Positions 55,041 through 64,000 of a stretch of 64,000 nucleotides of DNA are shown one piece after another (within the stretch, counting starts at the first letter, position 1; every line of letters starts with the position of its first letter). The DNA is from Eledone cirrhosa (lineage: Eukaryota), in assembly GCA_964016885.1 (NCBI GenBank), contig OZ024757.1:27776001-27840000 (forward strand), read 5' to 3'. A program made the position numbers and the translations under genes. The notes beneath the pieces are model-generated. The model had not been told where the DNA came from. It saw only the letters and a list, made by a program, of their open reading frames with translations, and ran no database searches.

Positions 55041-56926
55041 CCATCTTTTTATGTGTATGTATATGTATATATGTATATATATATGTGTGTGTGTGTGTGT
55101 ATACATACATATATATCAAATTGGTTAAGATGTGAGAGCATTGGATTAACTATCTTGTGGCATTTGTTCCAGCTCTTACATGCTGAGGTCAACTTTGCCT
55201 TTCAATCCATATATTAATAGCTGTTCAACATAGCTCCATATGCCAGCAATCTCTGAATATTGAATGTTTCAGCACTTGCCCTACATCTTGGACAAGCCTT
55301 ACCTGCAGATCATACCTCACCAGCAAAAATATTATTAACATTTGAGTTGACAAACCTAGATTTAGATATTTTCTGCTGAATCATTGTTGGATGTTAAGAG
55401 TAAATTTGTGATTCTGTCCTTGTATGTGATCTGAAAGGTTCTCCACAAGTATCTTTGATTGAACCCTTTCAGTCTGTGTTATATTTGGGCTTTAGCTTTT
55501 CAAGTATTGATATGTTTATCTATTTTACCCCTTTTTGATACCTAACCACCAAAAGTTTCCCCTGGTATCTATGATACTAAGCTGTTTTATTTTATCTAAA
55601 AATCTTTTAATGTAAGAACATTTCATAAGTTACATCTCAGAGACAGCTTAATAATGAGAAAATGATTTTACTAAATCTCTCTAAATGTTTGATTATATGG
55701 AAAATGACTTGAAAATCATAGGCAGTGTTTTTTCATTAGAAATATGATAATGAATAGGTTAATCAGATACTTATTGATTTAGCTGATATACAAGGTTCTA
55801 AATTCTTGGCTTCTGATTTATACTCTGTGCCTTTGGTCAAAATACTTAACTACATACCCAAGGCAGTATCTTTATTTTAAGAACATATTTTGTAAATTAA
55901 TTTATCTAATCTTGCTGTTTATATTTTTCACAGTTTTATGTTACAGACTTTCCTCTGACACAGAGACTTTGTTGCTTTATCTCCAATATCTATGGTGAGA
56001 TAAGTGGATGTCAGCTATTAATTCCTCACAAAATTTATTTCAATATGCCAATTGAAAAACACAGACTGTTACAAACGCAGAATATACATTCGGTGTTAGC
56101 TGAAAAACATCTAGATATATTCTTTAGTACAGTATAGTATAGTGTGTGTCTGGTTTAGAATAGTCACACTGTATCCCTGTCTTTTGTAAGAGGTGACTAA
56201 AAGTTGGCACTAGGAAGGACATCTAGCCATCTGGACATCTAGACATCTGCCTCAAAAAGTACCTCATGATTGATATGAACTTTTTTTGACCAAATATGTA
56301 ATTGTTAGTTTTCTCCCCAAACTTCATCATTACTATTTATCATCTGTTTTCTATGCTTGCATGGGTTAGACGAGTTGTTATACACTGAGGTTAGATCAGT
56401 CAGATGACCACATCTTGCTCATGCATTCTATTTTGGGGTTGGCTTCTACAGCTGGGTGCCAACCTCTTTACAGTGTATATGGAGAGTATTTTATCATGGC
56501 ATCAGCTGTGGCACTTTTTTTTTCATTGCAGCACCAGCAGTATATATATGAAATATATATAGATAGACATATATCTTAATTCAGTTAAATCCTCTGCCTA
56601 TCTTTTTCGGATTTGAAGGGCAGTGTCTCATTAAAATTTTCTTTTCCTTTTCTTTTTCTAACTCCCAACAAATTAGACAAATCAAATGGTTGTTTGAGGG
56701 TCTGCAGTATTGCTGGTTACTTTCTGTCTTGTTAGAAGTGACTTAATAAATAAATGAACAAATAACAAGTGGAATGTTCACCTTTGTTAGCTCAGGTTTT
56801 TAAGATATTATGGTTAGTGTAAGGTGTTTATTTTGTCTGTGAGTTGGAAAGTGGAATTTACAGATATGAGTTTGGGTATATAAGTTATTTAATTCATTCA
56901 ATACATGAGTCTGGACATCTAACTTA

Positions 56927-57096
56927 CCGTATTTCCCGTTGTCGAAGACGCTACTTTTTTCCTAAAATAAGTCTCAAAAAAATCTACCATGTGTCCTGGA
57001 GGCCGAAGCTTGGTTATTATCTTTTTTCAAATTTTTGGTTGTCAAAATTAAGATGTGTCCTCGAGGACGAAGTGTCTTCGGCGCCGGAAAATACGG
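56927..57096. mobile_element. Tc1/mariner (pogo/Tigger-like) MITE
   Basis: TIRs ccgtatttcccg / ccggaaaatacgg with TA TSD; inserted into a ~36-bp minisatellite. Confidence 0.85.
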
Positions 57097-57576
57097 TACT
57101 TCATTCATTATACAAGTCTGGGTATCTAAGTTATTACATTAATTCATTCCATGTGTCTGGGTATCATTGAGACATCGAACGGTTGTAATGGCTACACTTT
57201 TATATCTGAATTCTGTAGGAATATTGTTAACCTTTTACTTACCATATTTCTAATGAAAAACACTGCCAGTGACCTTCAAACCATTTTGAACATAATTATA
57301 TCATAGAACGAGAGGCTGGTTCAAGTAGTTTATTTTGAAAAGGAGTTGAACTAGGTGAGGAGATTGCATGGGCCTTTTCTGAATAAGAAGCTACACTATT
57401 TCAGATGATCATCATCACTGTTTAATATCTATTTTCTATGCTTGCATGGGTTAGCTGAGTTGTCATGTTCTAAGACTAGACTAGTCAGGTGACCATGTCT
57501 TGCTCATATGTTCCATTTCTGGCTTGGTTTCTACAACAAGATGGTTGGTTACTTTTTATGAAATAATTCACTATAG

Positions 57577-57875
57577 CAGACCTGTGAACTCTCCCCATAG
57601 GATGGGGAGATCTCCCACCCACTTTGGTGTGGGTCAGAGATGTCTTCTCTTGTGAAAATGGGTATAGCTTTCATTATGTTTGGGGCGGTGGATTGGCAGT
57701 ATCGGTAGAGGGTCGGACGCCATGCTTTGACGTTCAAATCCCGCCGAGGTTAACTTTGCCTTTCATCCTTACGGGGGTCGATAAAATAAAGTACCAGTAA
57801 TGCACTGGGTAATTGCTGGCCTTGTGCCAAAAGTAGAAACAATTATGTTTGGGTTTGTAGAGGTTGACAGGTCTG
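57577..57875. mobile_element. MITE with AGACCTG termini (copies at 34268-34440 and about 50167-50326)
   Basis: cagacctgtgaactct / agaggttgacaggtctg; 6-bp flanking repeat ctatag; internal SINE insertion. Confidence 0.75.
57685..57841 (+). mobile_element. tRNA-derived SINE family A (MetaSINE-like central domain)
   Basis: A-box-like tggcagtatcgg, B-box gttcaaatcc, core gcctttcatccttacggggtcgataaaataaagtaccag; TSD attatgtttggg (57673-57684 / 57842-57853). More than 15 related copies occur in the window. Confidence 0.85.
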
Positions 57876-58864
57876 CTATAGTCTAAGCTTATTCTATGAA
57901 AAACTTACCTCTTTGGTGACCCCCTTCCAAAAAACAAAAAAAAAAGGGGAAACGTTACAAAGAATAAAGTACTAGAATTGGCCTAAAACCATCCACAGTC
58001 TTAAAAGGTTTACAGCTATCATTTCTTAACTATTTTTATTGATTTTTTTCTCTTCTGTTCTTTCTTTTATCATTTTATCAGTAAACGAATTTAAGGCTTC
58101 AGAGTTTTGTTTTTATTCTTTTATCATTATTATATATTTTTTTCAAATGCCATCCAACTTGAAAGGGGTCTGATAATCTATTTGAGCATTCGGTTTCTGA
58201 AACAATCTTGCTTGTTTATATTCTTCATGTGTTTCTGTCATTTTTTTTTTTCCCTCCCATCTTGTGTAAATACCGATTTATTTCTGCAAAGAAAGTTTTT
58301 CTGGAAGAAATGAAGGACAAATGATTGTATGTGTGGAGAAATAAGGTGGTGATGATGATGATGAAACTGTATATACACATATCTTACTTCTTAGTTAAGG
58401 GCCGACTGAATCCATAGACTGAAAAGACTCCTTTGAGGTAGAGAGGTGAGGTGGGTATTCTTTTCGTGAGATTTAATGATTGATTTACTTTGTAAATGGA
58501 TCATCATCAAGGCAGCGAATTAGGGAAGTCATTTCAGTACTGGATTAAATGCATTGTGATATTTGTTTTGGCTTTTTGCACTCTTGAGTTCAAATCTTCC
58601 TGAGGTCAACTTTGCCTTTCATCCTTTCATGATTGATAAATAAATTACAAGTTCAGGAAGATGGAATAGAGAAATTGCTAGGGGGTTGTATGTGATTCTT
58701 TGTAGTAATTGTTTTGATCCTTTGTGTTCTGAGTCTGCCTTCAACGTCACTAGTTCCCAATTGTATTAACCCTTGCTTTTCTTTTGGTAAACATAGATTT
58801 TTGTCCAACGCTCTAACAATTTTGTCACTCCACAGCCTTCAATAATAATAGTAATATTAATCAC

Positions 58865-59245
58865 AACGAAAAAATATTGTGCCTGGTTGTAGATGTAGCC
58901 TGCCACAAGAGTGCAAGAAAAGGAGGAGAAAATTAACTGATACCAGGATTTAAAGTGGGAATTAAAAAGGATTTGGGACTGTCATGAGATCAAGGTTGTC
59001 CCAATTATCATAGGAGCACTAGGTAACTATCTCGAAGAGTTTTCAAGGATGGTTAAAGAACATTAGACAAGCTCCCTTTTTTGGAACACTTCAAAAGGCA
59101 AGCTTGCTGGGAATACCTCCTGAATACCTCCAATACATCCTGAATATCTGAGACTGCAAGTAGTGGCTTGATGTTCATTTGAACAAACTTTCCATCTAAA
59201 TAACATCAATAACTAAGACTCCAAGAAAATAATAATTATTATTAT
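58865..59245 (+). mobile_element. R4/Dong-like RLE retrotransposon 3' fragment
   Basis: Reads CLVVDVAC...VQEKEEKIN*YQDLKWELKRIWDCHEIKVVPIIIGALG...LQKASLLG, and is flanked on both sides by (TAA)n-like runs. Confidence 0.75.
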
Positions 59246-59929
59246 CATACACTATTGATATCTAAATGTTCTCAGTTCTTAACTTCAATTGTTGAACATT
59301 TTCGATTTTGAAATTTAATGAAGAAATGTCATGACAACGAGATAAAGAAGAATTTTTACTGTATTGATTTCAAATTTCATTTGATTCTTTTCTTTTGTTT
59401 TTGTCATATTTAGATATCTGTTTGTTTCTTGTGTGTCTTTGATTAAGGAAATAATTTAAAGTTTATCTATATTGTTTTTTTGGTTTTATTTTGCTTTAGT
59501 ATATTTATTTTATTTCAACAAACAAACAGAGAAATAACTATACAGAAAAAAGAAAAATCCACTTGTCTCCAAGAAGTGATACGTTTTCTTGAAACTACTT
59601 TCTAGAATATAGCTATGGTTTAAATGTTATTGGGTTTATTATGGATTGACTCAGTACCAGAGATCAATGTTTCTTCTGTATTGATCTTAATGTTGTTATT
59701 GATGGCTCCTCCACTCAAGAGGTGGCTGTCTTTTGATGCGACTGCGAGTAAAAACATGCGAAAGGTTATAATCATTGAAGTTGTTTATTATATCGAAATT
59801 CTATAAAACCCCCATTTCTACACACGTTATTGACATATTCCACAACCTCTTCTGTTAAGGTGAACAGTTAAATATATCAATATATATATATTTCTCTCTA
59901 TATATATACGTATATATACACACACACAC

Positions 59930-59986
<57 letters not shown>

Positions 59987-60107
59987 GTGGGTAATATTAA
60001 ATATTATCCAATTATAAGTATGAGAATAGTTCAATGTAAAACAAGTATATTACAGAGCTGAAATACTTTATAAACAACAATCAAAGAGTGTTTCGAACAT
60101 TTAATCA

Positions 60108-60165
<58 letters not shown>

Positions 60166-60426
60166 CAAATCTTGCAGTTTTGCTTTTTGTTAAATCGCTT
60201 GTTAAACATTCATAACCTTCTATCTTAATTCTATCGTATTCTCAAACAAAAAAAAACAAAATCCTCCCCATTCTACTTATAAATTACTTTAAATATATAT
60301 AGTATGCTACTTGAAAGTCAAAAAGCCGATCCACCCCTTCACCCTCCTGCTTCTCCACGAGGGGGCTGCGGTCAGCCACTATCCCCCCCCCCCCTCTCTT
60401 TCTTCCCCTCTATCTCTCGCTTAGCT

Positions 60427-60461
<35 letters not shown>

Positions 60462-60999
60462 AGATAAGTTTTCCTTCATGTTTATCCACTTTGCTTCAAT
60501 TATTTCTATGATGGACTCATGTAAACCGTAAAGTACAATCCTTCTCTCCATTTCCACGCTCAATTCCGTACACAGTCCAAACAAACATCCAATCTCGCAA
60601 AATCCGAAATCTGTATTTTTTTGTTATCTATTTAAGGTTTAAATACGGTGTTTTTGTCGTATTGAACAGAACAAATCTTGCAGTTTTGCTTTTTGTTAAA
60701 TCGCTTGTTAAACATTCATAACCTTCCAGCTAGCTACCCCACACCCCTCCCTCCCGCCCCCACACGCCACCATACCCCTCCCTCCCGCCCCCACACGCCA
60801 CCATACTTAATACGTGGACCAATCATAAGCCAGAGCCCCCCCCCCCGCATCACCACCATTATTATAAGCCAGAGCCACCCACCCCCACCCCCACGCATCA
60901 CCATTATTATTATTACGAGGACCAAATCATAAGCCAGAGGCCTATACTATCGCTTGCCCGGTTGCCTTCGATATATGATGGATGGATGGATGGATGGAT

Positions 61000-63900
61000 G
61001 GACGGACGGACTGCGGAATCCTTGGAGAGTGGAAGGGAGAGAAAAATCTGGACGCCCAGAGCGAAAATGCCAATGCTAAAGTCAAATTCACCTCGTGGAC
61101 GAGAATGCGAGCACTCTTCTTTGTTTCGCCCGCGGATGGCTAACATAACCCCATCTCCCCCCGCCCCACACCACCCCCACCCTCCAAACGCGATCCAAAA
61201 CTTCAGAGTTGGTACCATAAATGTAGGCACCCTAAAGGGTCGCGCTAACGAGGTTGTAGAAATGCTTGAACGTAAGGAGGTCGATGTTTGTTGTATTCAA
61301 GAGACCAGGTGGAGGGGTGGGTCTGCTAGATTCATTGAGGGTAAAAAACGATGTTATAAGCTTTTCTGGGTGGGAAACGACGATGGGCTGGGTGGAGTAG
61401 GAATCATGGTAGCAGAAAAGTGGGCAGATAAGATAATAGACGTAAATAGAGTGAACGACAGAATAATTAAAATAAGACTTGTCCTCAATAGAACTACGGT
61501 GACAGTAATATCTGCGTACGCACCCCAATCCGGACTGCCCGGCACTATAAAAGACAGATTCTATGAGACACTGTTGCTAACTACCTCCCAAATATCCGAC
61601 AGTGACTATATAATTATTGCAGGCGACCTAAATGGTCACGTTGGACAACATTGTGACGGCTATGACGAAATCCATGGAGGCTATGGGTTTGGTACTAGAA
61701 ATGAGGAAGGCTCCAGAATTCTGGAATACTGTGATGCAAATAACCTAACTATCTGTAACACTAACTTCAAAAAACGTGACAATCACCTGATTACCTATAG
61801 ATCCGGGGAACACACAAGCCAGGTAGATTATATCCTTACCAGAAGACGTGACAGAGTGTCTGTTGTAAACACTAAATCCCTCCCCCATGAAGAATGCACC
61901 TCCCAACATAGACTGATAATTAGCGACCTCATAGTCAGGACGAGACGCACCCGACAGCAGAAGAGGACTATCCTCAGGAGGAAAATATGGAAACTAAAAG
62001 ACCCCACAGCCAGAAATAAATTTCAAAGCATATTACTTGATGCTTTCGACAGTAAGGAAGAGCATCTAGAATCGGACAATATAGAGGGACAGTGGAAATT
62101 TCTGAAAGCTAACCTGCTGTTGGCGACAGACGAAGTCTGTGGCTGGAGCAGGCCTGTAGGCAGGAGGAGAGTAACATGGTGGTGGAACAGTAAGGTGGAG
62201 GGGTCAATTAAGGCCAAAAAGCAGGCTTGGAAAGTATGGCGGGATGGGGGAAGTAGAGTAGACTATCAAGTGGCCAGGAGGGAAGCTAGGAGAGAAGTGT
62301 ACTTAGCAAGAAGGGAAGCTGAGGAAAGAAAGTTCAAGCATGTTCTACAACGCGATGACCAAAAACGTGAGGTGTTCAGGATTGCCAGGCAATGCGTCAA
62401 GGAAAACCGTGATATTGTCGGGGAGAAGTGTGTACTTAACGATGATGGCATACTTGCCATCACCGACACTGATAAGAAGGTAGCTTGGAAGTGTCACTAT
62501 GAAAGGCTACTAAATGAGGAGAATAAATGGGAGAAAGACAGTCTCCCCCATATCGACCCGATAGAGGGACCAGCAGTGTTAGTCGAGGGGAGTATAATAA
62601 GTAAGGCAATCAAGGATATGAAGACTGGTAAGGCGGCTGGGCCTTCGGAAATAGTTGCTGAGATGCTGAAGGCATCTGGCACGGTGGGACACACCATGGT
62701 CACCCGCATAGTTAACCAAGTCGTACAGAATGGGGTTGTTCCGAAGGACTGGCATAGCAGCATCATCGTTAACTGTTATAAGGGTAAAGGAGACGCCCTA
62801 GATAGGAGTAACTATAGAGGCATTAAATTAATCGACCAGGTCATGAAGGTCACGGAAAAAGTAATAGCGCAACTAATCAGAGAGAGAATTGATCTAGATG
62901 AAATGCAGTTCGGGTTTGTGTCAGGCAAAAGCACCACAGACGCTCTTTTCATAGTACGACAACTACAGGAGAAGTACCTAGCTAAAGGTAAACCCCTCTA
63001 CTTAGCTTTTGTCGACCTGGAGAAAGCCTTCGACAGAGTCCCCCGCTCCATTATCTGGTGGGCTCTTAGAAAACTAGGCGTTGACGAATGGCTTGTGAGG
63101 GCTATACAAGCCATGTATAAAGAAACAGTCAGCAAGGTTAGAATTAACAACGAATATAGTGAAGAGTTTAGCGTAAAAGTTGGCGTCCATCAGGGCTCTG
63201 TTCTCAGCCCCCTACTATTTATTATTGCCCTTCAGGCTATAACAGAGGAGTTCAAGACAGGCTGCCCATGGGAACTCCTATACGCAGACGACCTGACACT
63301 CATAGCGGAATCAATGGCCGAGCTAGAGAAGAAATTCCAAACATGGAAGCACGGCCTAGAGTCAAAAGGACTTAAAATTAACCTGGCTAAGACCAAAGTT
63401 CTAGTTTGTAGGAAAGAAAACAAGGCGGCGGTCCCTTCTGGGAAATGGTCGTGCTCGGTATGTAGGAAAGGCGTAGGTAGAAACTCCATCTTATGTCCTA
63501 AATGCAAAGTATGGGTGCATAAAAGATGTAGTGGGATCACAGGTAAGCTAACTAAGAACATAGACTTTACATGTGGCCGGTGTTCTGGTGCAATAAGTAG
63601 CAGCAAGTGCCCACAAAATACTAGCTCTTTCAATTGCGCAGAGGGTTTTATAGAAATAGTGGACAGCTTCCGTTACCTGGGCGATAAAATCAGCAGTGGG
63701 GGAGGGTGCTCTGAAAGTACTGTAGCTAGAGTCAGAACTGGTTGGAAAAAGTTCAGAGAGCTTATACCACTATTAGCTGCTAAAGGGTTCTCCCTAAAAA
63801 TGAAAGGCAGGTTGTACGATGCCTGCATACGAACAGCAATGTTGCATGGTAGTGAGACCTGGGCATTGTGTGCAGAGGATATACGCAGACTAGAGAGGAA

Positions 63901-64000
63901 CGAAGCTTGCATGCTCCGCTGGATGTGTAACAGTAATATACGTGAACGGCAAAGCATAAACGAACTAAGGAAAAAATTAGAGATAAGAGGGATCAGATGT
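61000..64000 (+). mobile_element. Apparently intact, young RTE LINE (5' boundary approximate)
   Basis: Uninterrupted ORF, higher GC and retained CpG relative to the flanks; begins just after a (GGAT)n/(GGAC)n tract at about 60976-61011. Confidence 0.9.
61067..64000 (+). CDS. RTE-clade non-LTR retrotransposon polyprotein (APE endonuclease + reverse transcriptase with PHD-like insertion), 3' end beyond the window
   Basis: Manual translation gives a stop-free frame from 60734 to the window end, with in-frame ATGs at 60986, 61067 and 61136 (start uncertain). APE motifs: GTINVGTL, DVCCIQETRW, ISAYAP, AGDLNGHVG, SQVDYIL, SQHRLII. RT motifs: NYRGIKL, QFGF, AFVDLEKAFDRV, GVHQGSVLSPLLF, LLYADDL (YADD at 63281-63292), FRYLG, and the RTE-type MLHGSETW. 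Confidence 0.95.
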   Translation, partial: MPMLKSNSPRGRECEHSSLFRPRMANITPSPPAPHHPHPPNAIQNFRVGTINVGTLKGRANEVVEMLERKEVDVCCIQETRWRGGSARFIEGKKRCYKLFWVGNDDGLGGVGIMVAEKWADKIIDVNRVNDRIIKIRLVLNRTTVTVISAYAPQSGLPGTIKDRFYETLLLTTSQISDSDYIIIAGDLNGHVGQHCDGYDEIHGGYGFGTRNEEGSRILEYCDANNLTICNTNFKKRDNHLITYRSGEHTSQVDYILTRRRDRVSVVNTKSLPHEECTSQHRLIISDLIVRTRRTRQQKRTILRRKIWKLKDPTARNKFQSILLDAFDSKEEHLESDNIEGQWKFLKANLLLATDEVCGWSRPVGRRRVTWWWNSKVEGSIKAKKQAWKVWRDGGSRVDYQVARREARREVYLARREAEERKFKHVLQRDDQKREVFRIARQCVKENRDIVGEKCVLNDDGILAITDTDKKVAWKCHYERLLNEENKWEKDSLPHIDPIEGPAVLVEGSIISKAIKDMKTGKAAGPSEIVAEMLKASGTVGHTMVTRIVNQVVQNGVVPKDWHSSIIVNCYKGKGDALDRSNYRGIKLIDQVMKVTEKVIAQLIRERIDLDEMQFGFVSGKSTTDALFIVRQLQEKYLAKGKPLYLAFVDLEKAFDRVPRSIIWWALRKLGVDEWLVRAIQAMYKETVSKVRINNEYSEEFSVKVGVHQGSVLSPLLFIIALQAITEEFKTGCPWELLYADDLTLIAESMAELEKKFQTWKHGLESKGLKINLAKTKVLVCRKENKAAVPSGKWSCSVCRKGVGRNSILCPKCKVWVHKRCSGITGKLTKNIDFTCGRCSGAISSSKCPQNTSSFNCAEGFIEIVDSFRYLGDKISSGGGCSESTVARVRTGWKKFRELIPLLAAKGFSLKMKGRLYDACIRTAMLHGSETWALCAEDIRRLERNEACMLRWMCNSNIRERQSINELRKKLEIRGIRC

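Noticed and set aside
55934-55994. Candidate exon 2 (tttttcacag...ATG|gtgaga; FYVTDFPLTQRLCCFISNIY)
   Set aside because: Splice-like signals are present, but the peptide is unrecognisable and such matches are common by chance.
57685-57750. tRNA-like A/B boxes
   Set aside because: They are SINE heads with a TSD and body, and do not form a full cloverleaf.
61085-61150. Possible HDV-like ribozyme at the RTE 5' end (cacctcgtgg...ggctaa)
   Set aside because: L3-like and J4/2-like words are present, but I could not build P1 and P2 pairings; a descriptor search would be needed.
62023-63957. Minus-strand ORFs within the LINE
   Set aside because: They are antisense shadows of the plus-strand RTE ORF.

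Overview
AT-rich, microsatellite-dense animal genomic DNA. The repeat families look cephalopod/octopus-like, which is my inference. Almost all ORFs in the supplied track are simple-repeat artefacts. The only long real ORF is missing from the track because it runs off the window: an apparently intact RTE-clade LINE (about 61067 to >64000, +) with an APE endonuclease, a reverse transcriptase and a C4HC3 PHD-like finger inserted inside the RT. A CpG-retaining zone (about 33-42 kb) holds a probable promoter and a 30-nt first coding exon (MAEGGTSYYQ, 38125-38154) of an unidentified host gene, so much of the sequence to its right is probably intron. The rest is a mosaic of three SINE families, MITEs (Tc1/mariner, piggyBac-like, hAT), and fragments of RTE, CRE-like and R4/Dong-like retrotransposons. 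The most unusual signal is a set of short non-coding elements embedded in (TA)n tracts that carry minimal hammerhead-ribozyme motifs and inverted or terminal-direct-repeat architecture, resembling Penelope-derived or retrozyme-like mini-elements; the clearest is at 23603-24282.
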